In this document: positions 49,401 to 63,931 of the stretch, one piece after another
Position numbering within the stretch: position 1 is the first letter of the stretch
Layout: each line of letters opens with the position of its first letter
Source: Oculina patagonica
Lineage: Eukaryota
Length of the DNA: 64,000 nucleotides
Reading direction: 5' to 3'
Assembly (NCBI RefSeq): GCF_052425735.1
Contig: NC_135769.1
Span: 1,984,001 to 2,048,000, forward strand
Position numbers and translations under genes: made by a program
Notes under the pieces: generated by a model
What the model was told of the DNA's origin: nothing
The model's input: only the letters and a program-made list of their open reading frames with translations
Database searches by the model: none

Positions 49401-50976
49401 GAATATTTTCAGCAATAAGGGGCACCGTCCTCATGGGCCCCCTTCCCCGAGATCTGCCTAACTTTCCTTTCTTTCTTTTTTCACCTTATACCCCCTCCTT
49501 AGGGAGGCTGTTTAGCTCTGTTTACAGGCTACCTTATGAGACTTGGCATAGGAAATTTATTAAACGTGCAAATTAAAAACACTTATGATTTTAAGGGGGG
49601 ACTTAACGTAAATTTGAGTGAAATTTATAGTATTTTCTTAAAGGAAGAAAAGGAAGAAAATTATTTTCGAAACACCAACAGATGACCCCCACGCAAAAGC
49701 ACTCCAGGGGACTGTCTGGTGTCCGTAAACTAATTTTTAACTTCAAATTCTTATTTTAAAACTACATCAAATCTTCAGTATTTCTTATTTCTCTAAATTT
49801 TCCAACTCCTCCCAAAAATCACCCAGATATTTACACAACACCCCTAAACATAGATTTATGAGACGAGCCTAGGGTTTTTGCATTGCTTAAAAAGCGAACG
49901 AGATATTTTCAAAAAAACTCATGTAAAGCGGCAGAAAAAGAACTTTATGTTTAGTCCCGCCATAATAAAGGAAGAATTTCCCAGCCCTTGTAATTAATCT
50001 TCCAGCCCGATCGTATTTAGTTATCCAGCTTGATTTCTTTTCTCCTAACAAACTTCAACTTGATAGCGTTGCCGGCTTTCAGCTCGCTTTCTTCTCAAAC
50101 TCAGAGATAAAAGGAGTGCGTGACTATGCAATTGAATGGGAAACAAAAGAGGAACAAAGTAGACCAATAGGACTTCCACTTTGAACAAAGCTATTGTTCT
50201 AAAACCCGTTTTCCTTGTTTCGAGGACGCGCTTCGACTTGTTTGTAATTTGAGATGTAAATTTCGCGCCATTCAAATAAGCGATCAAGGCTGTTTTCTGG
50301 GGTGTAGGGAGGGGAACCAAATAAAAATGCCTTCTGGTTATAATTTTTTAAACAGCTTCCTCGCAGTTTCGTATCAGCAGCCTTGGTACAAATAGAACGA
50401 TATTCACATGGGGGAATTATTTGCTAATTTTCTTTTGATTTTATGCCGTTTAAGCCCGCTCCAAAACTAACTGCCTTACCCTACCCTGACACCGTAATGT
50501 GTTCTAGATCACATGACATTGTTTTGAGACGACCTCGAGCATCGCGCATATCATTTCCGGTGGAAAAACTGGATTGTTTTTGTCCATTTTCTGTTAAATT
50601 TTCATCACGAGGTTCGCAGCAAAGGTAAGTTCTTGGCTTCTTTTCACTGTCTTTTGTAACGACTTAAACAAATGGCGTGCTTTAACCAGGAATTTTCGCC
50701 CTGGCTGCTAGTAAGCCTATTGAATGTTGTTGCTAAAGTACCTTGTTTTGGATATATAAAGGTTGCACTGTCACTGTTTTGGGATGGCTGATATCGTGCG
50801 TATTTACATGAAGTCTTCTTGTATAAAATTAGGCTTACTGCTCTTTTGGTTTAGCTTTATACTTACACATAACTTTAATTAGAGAGAGTCGAATTTGCTT
50901 GACAATTGATTTGATAAGTATTCCGAACAACAGTATTTCGAACAACAAGTATTTCGTCAACAGCTCACATAGGATC

Positions 50977-53488
50977 ATTTACGCCATAAGCTAGAAGAAT
51001 TTGCATCTAATCAAGGCCTTTCACAGATCATTGACAAACCTACACGTGCTACCGAGAATTCTAGCACCACGATAGACTTAATTTTCGTCAACAGCTCACA
51101 TAGGATCGTGCAGTCAGGTGTCCTGGATTCAAGCATTAGTGATCACAACGTTGTTTTCTGTACCATCAAAGGGGGTGTCAAAAAACTTCCACCGAAGGTG
51201 TTTGAGTATCGTTGTTTTAAAAACTATGACAAAGGAGCATTTTTGAAAGACCTAAATAACGTACCATGGTCTGCAATTGAAAGCACAAATGACGTTGATG
51301 ATGCACTATTCTTTTGGGAGAGTCTTTTAAGTGGCGTTGCCGACGATCATGCCCCGATGAAAACAAAACGAGTAAAAGGTAAACAGTCACCTTGGCTAAC
51401 GAACAAGCTTTTAGAACTACGGCGTGATCGCGATTACCATAGAAGAAAGGCACGATTGTCCAATTCCAAGTACCACTGGCAAATGTACCGGAAATTGAGG
51501 AATTTTACTAACCGAGAAGAGAAAAGGCTTAAATCGGACTATTACTGCCGTCTTATAGAGGACGCTAGAGGTGACAGTTCCAGGATGTGGAAAGCGATTA
51601 AAGAAACACTACCCTCTAAACACAATGAAATTAACGCAATCTTTGCCGATGGAAAATTGCAAACTGATCCTACAAATATTGCTGAGACTCTTAACAATCA
51701 TTTTTCAAGTATCGGCAAGAAGCTTGCCAAAGCCTTTAGAGGTGTCGTGCCAAGTCAATGTTTTACGTGCAGTGCAAGATTTTCCCTCCAACCTGTCACA
51801 CTATCTTTCGTCGAAAAGCAGCTGAGCCAGTTGAAGATCAATAAAGCCATTGGCTTGGATAACATCAGCGCTCGCTTACTTAGAGATGCAGCAGATGTAC
51901 TTGCTCCTTCTCTGCGATACATCATAAACTTATCTCTGGAAAGTGGTAGATTTCCATCTTCGTGGAAGTGCGCCAAAGTAACTTCTCTCTTTAAGCAAGG
52001 TGACAGAACTGATAAAGATAACTATCGTCCGATTTCCATCCTCCCCACCGTTAGCAAAGTAATTGAAAGAGCTGTGCATTCCCAACTTTATGACTACCTT
52101 GCTCTAAATAACCTGCTCGCCGTTAATCAATTTGGTTTTAGGCGTGGGAGATCTACCAGTCTAGCTCTAACTCAGTTTACGGACGAGGTACTAGGGAACA
52201 TGGATAATGGATTAGTAAATGGCGTAGTATTTATTGATCTAAAGAAAGCTTTTGACACTGTTGATCATGGCATTATGTTAGTAAAGCTCAAGAACATAGG
52301 AGTAACCAGCACTCATCTGGCCTGGTTCGACTCTTACCTTTCTTCTCGATGTCAGAAAACAGTTATTGGTCAGGCCTCGTCTTCTACTAGAAAGGTGTCT
52401 GTTGGTGTTCCTCAAGGGTCAATTTTAGGGCCGCTATTGTTTACCATCTACATCAATGATCTACCTAACGTCCTTCGAAACAGTACTGTTACATTATTTG
52501 CTGATGATACGGCCCTTCACTGCTCTTCAGAATCAGCTTTAAGTTTGCAGACTATGCTAAATGAAGACCTTGTCATACTAGCACAGTGGCTTCACGAACA
52601 CAAACTAACATTAAATGTTTCGAAATCTAAATTTATGCTCATCGGTGGTCCGAAGAAGCTTACTTATTTCAGCGAAGTGGCCTTGTCAATCAATGACAGA
52701 AGGCTGGATCGAGTTAATTCTTTTAAGTATCTGGGTGTGATTATCAACGAGAACTTGACTTGGACAGATCATATAGAAAACCTCCGTAGTAAGGTATTAC
52801 AAAGGTTGGGCTTACTTCGAAGAATTAAGTGTTCTCTACCAAGAGATATCAGAGAACTTTTCGTTAAATCAACTATAATACCTCTGTTAGACTATGCGGA
52901 TGTCACATGGGGAGACAAAGCCAATTTGACTCTTATGAAGAAAGTCCAAGTTCTGCAAAATTTAGCTGCAAAAATTGTGCTCGATATGCCAAGGCATTCA
53001 TCTGCTACCGAGGCGCTCCAACAGCTTGGCTGGGATAATTTAATGGAAAGAAGAAGACTTCATAGATTAATTTTGTTTTTTAAGGCATTAAATGGCTTGA
53101 TTGACTGGGATTTTAATTTTTATAGCGTTAAAGACATTCATAATTATAATACTCGTGGACGAAATGACATTTGTAGGCCCAAGTCATGTCGCTCCTGGGG
53201 CCAGAACCGTTTCATTAATCAAGCTGCTCACGAATGGAACATTTTACCCGACAAAGCAAAAAGCGCATTTGACATTTTAACTTTTAAAAGACATATTAGA
53301 AGTATTTGATAAGTTTTTTAATTTCTTATATTCATTTTTTAAAATTTAACTTTTTCATCTTCTATTTTTAATATTCACTTTTTAACCATTTTTATCATAT
53401 TTGTTATTTATTTTATGCAGGGCCCCACTGAAAACCACCTTTTTGTGACGTGGGCTCCCTGCTAAAATATCTTTATTATTATTATTAT
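50977..53488 (+). mobile_element. 5'-truncated non-LTR retrotransposon (L2/CR1 group) with uninterrupted RT ORF and (TTA)n tail
   Basis: ORF 51108-53309, open upstream through C-terminal APE endonuclease motifs (PTR, TIDLIF, SDH); RT motifs NYRPIS, QFGFR, DLKKAFD, GVPQGSILGP, LFADD, YLG; 3' GGGCCCCACTGAAAACC...GGGCTCCCTG followed by TTATTATTA. Confidence 0.92.
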
Positions 53489-54408
53489 AACAAAAATACG
53501 GCAAATATCGATCAAATTAGCCTGATGAATGAAAACAGTGTTGTGACTTGCATTAGACACTGGTTTGGGAAAATAGCGTCGGCTGTTATGTAACCGCCTT
53601 AGTTTGTTTTTGTTTACAGGATTATTAGTTTCAATATAATAACGGTCCCGTAAAAAATGGTTTGCATGATGTCGCTCACGGTTTGCATGAGGTCGCTCAT
53701 GCCTTTTGTTGTAGATAGCGATCGTGGGGAATAAAGGAAGACATTCGCTTTCGTGAGCATTTAATCTTTTGTGTATCAACAAGCACACGAGAACCTTGTC
53801 AATTTGCCAATGGCTGCCAAAATCTAGCTGTGTTAATGGTACAGTACCTGCTAATCGTCTTTTCTGTTGACTGACAAAACTTTTGTTGAGGGGCCTATTA
53901 AAAAAAGTATGAGCAATGAATGATTAAAATGACAGTCATGTAAACAAAGAGGCCCTGCCAGGGTAAATTGAGCCTCCCACGCAGTTGTTAGGGGCAGGGA
54001 GGAGTGAAACACGATCGCCCCTTAAAATAACTCGGTGGGAGGCTAGGGTAATTTCTAGCACTCTAAAAAAGCAAGCACTTGCACTCGAATCCCGCCAGCT
54101 ACGCAGGCTAGGTAATTTCTGACTGGCGACTTAAAAATCATTAAAAAGTAGTGACAGGACATAAAATAAAATTGGGACAAACAACAACATTTCTCATCAA
54201 ATTTCGACTAGTGAAAAAGCGACACCAGACATTTTGAAATTCAGCCCCTTGCAGGGTCTCAAACAAGATGGCTGCAGCCCGGGCTGCAGCTATGCCTAGA
54301 GTCAGCAGTTCCACTCTCCTGCAACTTGGTGGGCCAACACTGAAACATGTGTTTTTTATGTTATTCTGCAGATATTTATTAACTTGTGCGAGAGACGCTC
54401 ATGCTTTC

Positions 54409-56217
54409 ATGATGGCGCTATTACGAAGAGGACATCAACTGGTGTTCAGCTTAGCAAGACAGTCGGGTATCAGATATTTCAGATCATCCTCAGTTTTGTT
54501 AACAGGCACTCAGAGTGAATTCACAGGTACAATAGCATAATTTTGGCATATTTTATTATCTCAATCAAACTTCGGAGTTGCAGTGACCTGATTTATTGAT
54601 TTTTGTGACCAGAAAATATCCATACCCACCCAGTGGAGGATCATTGGAAATTTCAAGGGAGGAAGGGGTCTTAAATACCAAAATTCTTAGAGAAAAGCAT
54701 GAACAGAAACTGGAATTTCCAGAAGAGGGGAGGGTTCAAACCAGAAACCCCTCTGTTGGGGGAGTATGCATGATATTTTCTGGAACAACACATTGCTATA
54801 ATTAATGAGAATAAAATAAAATAATAATATTAGGGATTTAATTTAAAAAAATAAAAATAACTTTATAGATCTAGAGTAAACATAGTAACTGGTGTCCCAG
54901 TAGTGGGTCTTGAATAAATAAAATATATATTGTAATTAAACAGAAACTTGTTAAAAACCCCAACTGATCAGAGGCTGGCCTGTTAGCAATAATTTATATA
55001 AAAACCGAAAACAGCACACTACTGCCTGAGTCAGAGGCTTCGTGTTTCCACATTAACTCAGATTCTTTCAGCTGGACGATCCTTTTTTCCATAGTTTTAT
55101 TATCAACAATTTTACTGACACTTTAATTACAAATATCTAAGTTGAAGTAACTGTTTTTATAACTAGGTTTGGAAAACTGTTTTATTTGGGATGAGAAGCA
55201 TGGCTTTGGTTTTAACAAGGATGGAGAGGTTGTTATTGTCACACCAAATACATTTCCTGCAAATGGTCCTGTGTTCAATTCCCAGGACTTAAACATTACT
55301 GGCACCTGTAAGTACACTGTCATGTATTCTGTTTATTGCAAATCAAAGAACATAGTACAGGACGCGCATAAGTGCGCATGCTCATAATGTCTGCAACCAC
55401 TGGCTCAATATACTACATAGTTACACAAATCCTGAGTGGTTCATTAAAATCTAATATCTTAGATGTGCGACACATATAAAGTAGCCGTGCACATTGTGTC
55501 TTTGATACAGTACTATTATTACAGCTGAGCCAAAATCAGCAATCACAATCAGGGAAGTGTGGTGGCCTAATGGTGAGTGCGCTGTACTCTGGATCGCCCT
55601 GGTCCAGATCATTTCATTACAACTAGTGTTCTTGGGCAAGACACTTTACTGAGGCCTTCTAATGGGTAATAGTGACTAGCGACATGACCCTGAATTCTGG
55701 TGACACAGGAACATTTTGACAGGGACAAGCGACATCATTATGGCACTGAAATGTGACAGCGACACAGTGCGACAGCAATACAATAGCGGGAAAAACGACA
55801 GCGACATTTACAGATGTTGGCTAGGCGACATCAGTTCCCAGAAATATGCAACATTGCGACATGGCTACCCCTCTCTCTCACAGTACCTCTCTTCAACCAG
55901 GTGTATATAAATGGCTGCCAGCAAATTTGATGCTGGGGGGGGGGGGGGGGGGGGTTATAATCCTAGTAATCCTGTGATGTACCAGCATCCCATCCAGGGG
56001 AGGAAGTAGAGATACTAGTTTAAAAAATCCTACTACTACTGTACAGTAAATATATAAAAACACAAAAGACAGTGTCTGCCATTAAATTATGTTAGTACAA
56101 AATGTATATATACATAGATTAAGAGAATGAATGGCCTACTGTTTTTCTTTAGCACCAGACTTAATGGAGCAAGATCCAGAAGTCTCTGATTATGATGGTG
56201 AAAGTTATGCAACCTGA
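54409..56217 (+). CDS. Small uncharacterised protein, ~107 aa, with a mitochondrial-presequence-like N-terminus (exons 54409-54526, 55167-55307, 56153-56217; probable upstream exon ending at 50624)
   Basis: Three GT-AG exons join in phase 1: MMALLRRGHQLVFSLARQSGIRYFRSSSVLLTGTQSEFT-GLENCFIWDEKHGFGFNKDGEVVIVTPNTFPANGPVFNSQDLNITGT-SPDLMEQDPEVSDYDGESYAT*. Confidence 0.6.
55551..56045 (+). mobile_element. Second CORE-like SINE copy, interrupted by a ~215-bp GCGACA-rich insertion
   Basis: GGGAAGTGTGGTGGCCTAATGG...GTGTTCTTGGGCAAGACACTTTACT [insert] CTCTCACAGTACCTCTCTTCAACCAGGTGTATATAAATGG; homologous to 10434-10700. Confidence 0.65.
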
Positions 56218-56578
56218 CTGGCAGAAGACATCAGATTTATCCAGCAGCCTGATGAGTGACAGCAGACATCAACAAAAGCACTGTCAAAACTGATAAACCT
56301 TTGTTCAGTATTTACGGGAAGCTAAAAATTAACTTTGTTCAATTAACTATCAAATGAATAATAATTTCAATGGTTATTGTATACTATTAATATTGAAGGC
56401 TTGTAAATTTTATGTCATCATTTCAAACTTTAAGAACACAAAGCAGTCTGTGATAATAGTGGCCAACTTGAAGCTGTAATTTAAAGGAATGGCATTTATT
56501 TGCAAGCCTTTAACAGTGATTTTGTATGCTTTATTCTTGAAATTAGTGATCTGTACGTAAAGCAGTTTATTTTAACTA

Positions 56579-56993
56579 CAGTAAAAACCCACGAGTAAGA
56601 ACCTAGTTTTTTCAGGTTAGCCTACACAGGTTCTTACATAAATGGTAGTTAACTCAAATTTAGGCTATTAAGGTTCTTAATAGGTTCTTATTTTTCTGAG
56701 AAAAAATTAACATTGTTGCTTATAGAACTTTTAGTGATATTCTGCCTATTATTTGTATAAAAATGAAGCACTAATCATTCAGAACATCACATTGTATACA
56801 TGTATGCAGAGTAAAGCCTTGTCCAAACTTATTTTCCCAAAAGTAAACATTTTCAATCAATTTTAGAAAATAAGACCCTGTTAAATTCGAATTTTAGGCT
56901 AAACAGGTTCTTATAAAAATGGGGACGTCTAATTTGCAAATTTTTTTCGAACAGGTTCTTAAGTGTTAGGTTCTTACTCGCGGGTTTTTACTG
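56579..56993. mobile_element. Tc1/mariner (pogo/Tigger-like) MITE with TA TSD
   Basis: TA|CAGTAAAAACCCACGAGTAAGAACCTA ... TAGGTTCTTACTCGCGGGTTTTTACTG|TA. Confidence 0.8.
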
Positions 56994-59324
56994 TATCCAT
57001 CAACAACTGAGAAGTTATTCCTCCATCAGTAAATAATACACACATACCGGTAATGCCAAATGCAGTACAAGGAAATTTGCTAAAAGCAGATTATACGTGT
57101 CTATCATGCCTTTTCTATAATTCTATTTATTAGTAACATTGTGCTGGACGCAATGCAGTTAATAAGTAACATGACGTATTTGTGTAACAATTTTTTTTGC
57201 TTAATGCTGAGGTTAAAGTAAGCATGCTATTGGTTAGTCTAAGACATTTAAATTTAGCTTTGGGGTGGGGGTGAGGTCATTTTGAACTTGTCTAGCAAGC
57301 CTTTAATAATATATTTGTCATTATTTTTACATGAAAGAGTTATGAATGACAGCAGCATGAAATTGGGCACTTAAAATGGTGTCATGATAAAGTAATAATA
57401 ATTGCTATAGCCATATCTATTGTATATTCAAATATTTTAAGATTAATCTTGTTAATCTTTTTTGAAAAGATTCACTGATGCTATTTATTGTGTAATTAAC
57501 TTTTTATACAGTTCACATACATAATTAATCTATAATTCATTAATCGAATTCACCTTGTACAGTTTTGAACAATCAATAAATTTTATATATTGTGGATTTG
57601 CCTGATGTTTTTGTTAGATTTGCAGTGTGACTAGTCTAACTGGCCCACTTGGAAGAAAATTGACCAGTCAAAACATTATTGAGAACAAGCAATCTTTTTC
57701 GTAAACAGACCAATCCATAGACTACAAGCAGTTCCTATTAATTTTTTTTGCAGAGTCCATAGAGCGGGAAAAAAAAAATTAATGACCGCATGAAATTTTC
57801 GCCGGCAGAGTCTGTGTCTGTAAAGCGGGAAGGGAATGAATAAGTGACCACGTGAAAAATGGGGACGAGGCATTTATTTTTTCCGCTCCATGCTCAACAG
57901 ATTCTGCGAAAAAATAGGAACTGCTTGTAGTCTAACCAATCCAATTATGTTGAAGCATCCAGACAACAGCCTTCCCTGAAAATAAGCCCACCTCAAAGGG
58001 GTGTTGAGCTAGTTGAAGCATGGGGCATAGCCTGCGTAGTTTATGGGTGCACATTTGGGAAAAGTGAATGGTGCAGGACAGCCACGCAGGAGCCTGAGTG
58101 TGCAGTTTTGGGCGTGCATTTGGGAAATGTGAAAAGTGTGAGATGGCTTTTTTTTTTCACGCCTTTCGCATTTCTTAAAATGTGCACCCAAAAACTACAC
58201 AGCCTGCTTTGCAGGCTACACAGGGCACGTTTGCGGAATTTAATTGGTTTCTCAAATTGCATTAAATCTGACTTGTAACCTAGTTATTGTAAACTGCAGT
58301 GACCACCTTTTTAAGCCTGCAAATAATGCCACCTTTTTTTAGCCTGTTCCCCTGCATTCAGTTACTTGGGGAGCAGTGCAATAAGTGAAAGAAAAGGCAG
58401 GTTAGTTGGAAATCGCCTTTTAGCCACTTGCTGTTCTATGTGCTAATTCCCAAACTAACCAAATCTCTCATCCTCCGGTCACTTTGGCTATCTCTTGCGA
58501 AACCCTCTGGAACTGGTTCGGAACCATGACCGACAGCTGTTTTCACAGGCTTCCACCTTTCACAATATCAACTTCTCAAAAAATGTGAAAATTTGAATAA
58601 ATAAAGGACACTAACTAAGGTTGTTTTTTGCTTTTAATTTTTGAAATATGAAATCTTACTATTTACTATTATTTTTACTGCAAGCTTTAGTAATTTTAAA
58701 ATTGTGACAACGAGGGGTCCAATGAGCACTTTCAACATGCACACTACATGTAGCAAATATTGTATTATAAGTCAAGAAGAATATCCAAAAGCTGTTAGTC
58801 GCAGACTGCCTATTTTTGAATCACTTCCAAACTGTCACGAATGTACATGTATATGAATGTCTGTTAATTAAGCACTGCCTATATGAAAACTATTTGATAA
58901 GATGTTCGGCAGCAAGAACCTTACTGCCTATATTATTATCCAATTCACATATTAGTAAACTTTCATTATTCTACAATCACCTGCAGTATAATAACACAGG
59001 ACCTTCCCCCTGGAAGTGTCCCTTCCTCACAATAAAGAGATCTTATTGGTATAATTTAAAATTATAAAATAAATAGTACATTCAAGTTTTAGAAATATCT
59101 GTGATTTGATGTTCAGCATTTTGCAATTCATTAACAGTTGCCTCCTCCAGTATGCAAACATCACACCTTGATTTCTGTCAAATTGTGGAATTTCTTAGTT
59201 ATTGTTAATAATTTTTTTTTCTTGCAACAGACCTCTTGTAAGCTAAATTATGCCACATGCCCTGATGCATGTGTATAAGTAAAGTGCTGTGCGATAATTA
59301 TCATTCCAGTCATGATATCACTTG

Positions 59325-62300
59325 TTATCTCTGTCCCTTTTCTGGTGTCTTGTAGACTGGCGCAGTTGATTTAGGCAAGGGTGGATTTCCTAATATGATA
59401 TCAGCTGCTTTCTCTGCGATCATAATGGTTGGTCCATTGAGATTTCCACTCACAATGCTGGGCATGATTGATGCGTCAACAATCCTAAGATTTTCCACTG
59501 CCATGACTTCCAATTTGTTATTGACGACAGCCATGGGGTCATCTTCAGCACCCATCTTGCATGTGCATGATGGATGATAAGCAGTGTCGGCATTCTGTCG
59601 CACCCAGGCGTCAATTTGTTCATCTGTTTGAACATGGTCACCTTCAAAGGCAGAGATGAAAATAATTGTCAAAGGGTAGAAAAGTTTTCTTCAGCATATT
59701 TGTTTATTGAAATGGATTATCCAGTGTTTAAACTAGTCAACAATAGATGAGCTTGAGAGCTGTCACCTTGAAGGTGGTTGCTCGGGGGTGGGGATGTGCC
59801 ACTGGGACTCTGAAACGCTTAGCCTATGCCAGACCATCTTCAGCTGGTTTTGCAACCATATACTAGATTACATTCTGTAGATACCGAAAATCCCTTCCCT
59901 ATGCCAGACTTGCTTCTTTTAAGAACTGCATCACTATAAGTGTTTTTAATGGAAAACCACTTGTCAACAATGTTGTCACAATGATTTTATTCACGTCTAG
60001 GGAAGCCTCTTTCTCTTCCGAGTTTCTATTCCTATTCTGGACTACCCATTTCTAGACCAAAACTCACTGATTTCTATACCCTATCCCAGACTAAACTCCT
60101 CAAAAACCATACCCTTCACAGTGGCACATACCTATATAGCTCATACATGGGAGTGCCCCCCCAGGGGTTGTTGGAGCTGGGCAGCTATCAGGTACAGGAA
60201 AGGGGATATCCATGGCAACCCTTGGAGTGGCCACAACCAGAGGCACCATCACACTGAACCAGTCAGTGGAATACTTACCAAAACCCATACTTACCAAAGG
60301 GTGGGTGTAGACTCAAGGGAAATGCTTAATAACTCAGCAAGCAAAATGGCGTAACTCAAAGGCCAGCAAGCCGGCAAGCGAATATGAATGCAAACCACAA
60401 GGAGAGTGAAGAATGGTCCTTCAAAAATGCACGTCTAGCAGAATTTTAGCCAAATTTCAGAGCTCTCTTCTCATATTTTTCTGGGAAGCATATTTCTCGG
60501 AATCCCACTTTCTTTTGCAAGGCTAAAAAGGTCTCGGGCTGGCACAAAAGATATCACTTTGCCATCTCACAAAGTTTTTAATTAACCATTTAACACCCCT
60601 ATAAGGTGCCCCAAGAAAAGGGTTTTGTTCAGCAAAAAAATGTCATGTAAAAGCTTTCTATTTTTTTTACCTAAGCACATACAATCTTGTGAACACATTT
60701 TTCTATGCAAGACTCTTTGTACTCAAAATTGTAAATTATTGTGTGACATTGGGGAAAACCTGAAATTACTACCGGTATTTATAAAAATTATAATTATGTC
60801 ACACCATTACCTGGCTGTAATTCTTGTCCACGGAATGGATCAAAAGCTTTCTGGTTGAATATTTCACGGGTGAGTCTGATGGAATCTCTCAACTCCACTC
60901 TATCTTCTTCAGTGGACAGGTAGTTTGGGTTGATAATAGGACTGTCATATGGACTAGAAGACTTCAATTTCACATATCCACGACTTGTAGCTCGCAGGGA
61001 ACCAACATGTACCTTAATTGAAAAGAACAATACATTATTTATTTTGTAGTTTTCTAAGTGCTGGTCAGAGCAAATACACATACATGTATTTGCAAAAAAC
61101 ATAAATCATACACAGTTAAATGTTCTGACTTATGCCTTTGTACAATAGAGCAGTTTTCAATTGAGTGTCGTAAAACCAAAACCAAAGTAATTACTCCGGC
61201 CTATCACAAAGGACACAGACAAACCAGTGAACCAATCAAAACTCCAAGCAAATACATGTAGCCAGACAAAGCGCAGGAAAACGTGGCAGCAGTCACGATT
61301 GGTTTTGGTTTTAGTTCTGATTGGGTGATAAAGTGGCGCGAGATTTTTAAGCCAATCACTAAGCGTAGCAATGCAAATCCAAAGCAAACGCAATTAACTT
61401 TCGACACTCAAGTGAAAACCGCTCTTATCACCTTTGCGTGTAGCCTGCGTACAGGTCCCTATCCTTCGCTTATCCTTCATCACCCCTCATTCACTGGCTT
61501 GCCTCCTCAACCTACCCTTCACCTGAGAGCCTGTCACAGGCTAAATCCTTCTTAGTTTATTTGCCAGCATGTTATTCAACAGATCTGCATGCATTGTAGG
61601 TATATTAATTATAAGATTTAATAATAATTTAATATTATAAATTATTAATAAAACTGTGCAGACATCACTTCAACCAGAGTTAATGGAGACATTTACTCTG
61701 CTTCAACAAAGAATCAATTTCTCATTTCTGAATATTTTCAAGGGTGTTGAAAGCACATAATTATATGTCCAAACACAACTTTCCAGCATGGCTATACAGT
61801 TGAATCCCGATAACTCGAAGTAACTCGAGCCTCCGCTAACTCGAACCTTTTCTGATTCCCCTCCAGGTTGTTTTCTTACTAATTTTACCCTCGAAGTGTA
61901 CATGGGCAGTCAGTCCCCAAAATGGATAACCTGCACTAACTTGAAAAGCTTCCTTTTCTACAGTCACTCTGCCATGATCTTTAAAAGCTGAGGGTAGAAA
62001 GTGATACTGTATGTTGGGATGGGAAATGCCTTCCCTGCTGCGAATAAAGCCACCAGCCTCAAGATGTGCAGTGGCACACGGGCCAGTCCTGGTAAGGAAC
62101 CACTTGACTCCAATAGGAACCATGTTATACCACTTGAGTGAGCGGTACAAACTTAGCGGCTGAGTACATTCCTGAAATGTGATCACAATGGGGTATATAT
62201 TACATCATTTGAAGGTGTTAATTTCATCTCTTACCAAAGGAGGGATTGGTGCAGCATGTCCTACTTGAAATTTTTTTGTCCAAAAACACAACGCAAACCA

Positions 62301-63931
62301 CCCTGGCTGGCTTGCCACTCCAAGGCAAACCAGAAATCCTAAAATTCAAAAATGCATCAGGGCTCGAAAAAAAGTATGACCTCAACCTTTTTCTTCTCCA
62401 GGCAAGCAGCTATCAAATTGTGCTTTCCTGGGGCAGTTGCATGTTTATTTTATACAATTTTAATATTATTATTTTTTAACAACTTAGACAGCCCATTATA
62501 CAATTGAAAATAAAAAGTTACCAGGGTACTTGCCTTGCAGGGAAATCTATAGGGTATACTTGTCCCAAATGACTGGTCGACACTTTTTTTGCACCCTGTA
62601 CATGCCAATTAGGAACAAGAATGTAATTTATTTATGTACAGGCTTAGAAGCTTACAGAATGACTTAAAGGATATGTACAACGTACACATAAAGCACACTA
62701 CAAACCTGGTGAAAATACATTTCTAAATGATCCTGAAAGTTCTGGCCCACACCAGGAAGATGAACATTCACAGGGATACCAAGCTTCTTCAAGTCATCAG
62801 CATTTCCAATACCAGACAAATTTAATATCTGTGGCGTATTAATCGCTCCAGCAGATAAAATAACTCCCTTCCTAGCCATAGCTCGCTTCACTTGACTGCC
62901 TACAAAGTATTCAACACCTACAGCACGGTTCTTCTCAAAGATCACTCTGGTGATCAACGTTCTTGTGTCTGCTTTAAGGTTTTTACGCTTCAGCGCAGGT
63001 CTAAGGTATGCATTTGCTGTATTCCATCGTACTCCCTTGTGAATTGTCATGTCTTTCCAACCAAATCCTTCTTGTTGATAGCCATTTATGTCTTCTGTGA
63101 AGGGATAGCCAGCTTGGACGCCTGCGTCAATAAATGCTTGGTATAGAGGATTGTTTGATTTCCCGCGTGATACATGGAGAGGACCATCGCCTCCTCTGTA
63201 ATCATCAGGACCTACAGGAATAAATCAATAAACCAACAATTTGAAAATAAAATTAATTGGCCATTAGATTATGCAGAAAGTTTCAATCTCCCATAAACAC
63301 TTTGATGAAGTTTCTCAGCTTCACTGAATCATCCTGTGTCAGTATCCAATGTGAATCAACAGCAACTAAACAGTTTAGACAGACATGAACAGAAAAAAAT
63401 CTTTATATTGGAAACCTGTGAATCTGATTAGTTCTCCCATTGTTTTATTCGCTGACATAACACAATCATTTGTTAGTTGCTCTTTTAAGGGGCAATTATT
63501 CTAGATTTTGGCTTACAAATACCAAAAATTGTAGGTTTTGGACTGCAATCCTTTAGAGTTTCTACTAAAACAATTAGACTACTCATCCTTGTTCTCTATG
63601 ACAATTCAACTCGGCTGCTCCTCGTTGTCTATTCACTCATAGAAAATTTGGGCTCATAGTTTTTTTAAGTTGATGCACCTCACAGTTTTTGTATGGCCAT
63701 CAGGGAAGATAACTAATTTATTACATTATATAATTCTTAAAAGCAAATTACACTTTACCTAATTCATGGGTCTGGGACTTCCTAAAGTATGGCAAACAGT
63801 CGGCATATGACCAGCCTTCAGCACCTTCCTTCTCCCAGTTATCATAATCATAAGCATGACCTCTGATATACACCATAGCATTCAGTGATGACGATCCACC
63901 CCACACTCTCCCTCTAGGTTGATAGATTCGC
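59325..63931 (-). CDS. CHDH: Choline dehydrogenase (GMC oxidoreductase), last five exons (63931-63759, 63211-62706, 62171-61941, 61012-60811, 59641-59325); 5' part lies beyond the window
   Basis: [114 protein letters not shown]. Confidence 0.93.

Noticed and set aside
50443-50628. 61-aa ORF that would splice in frame to the small protein at 54372
   Set aside because: It overlaps the likely promoter (TTCCGG motif at ~50556) and would bury the presequence-like N-terminus; treated as probable 5' UTR pending TSS data
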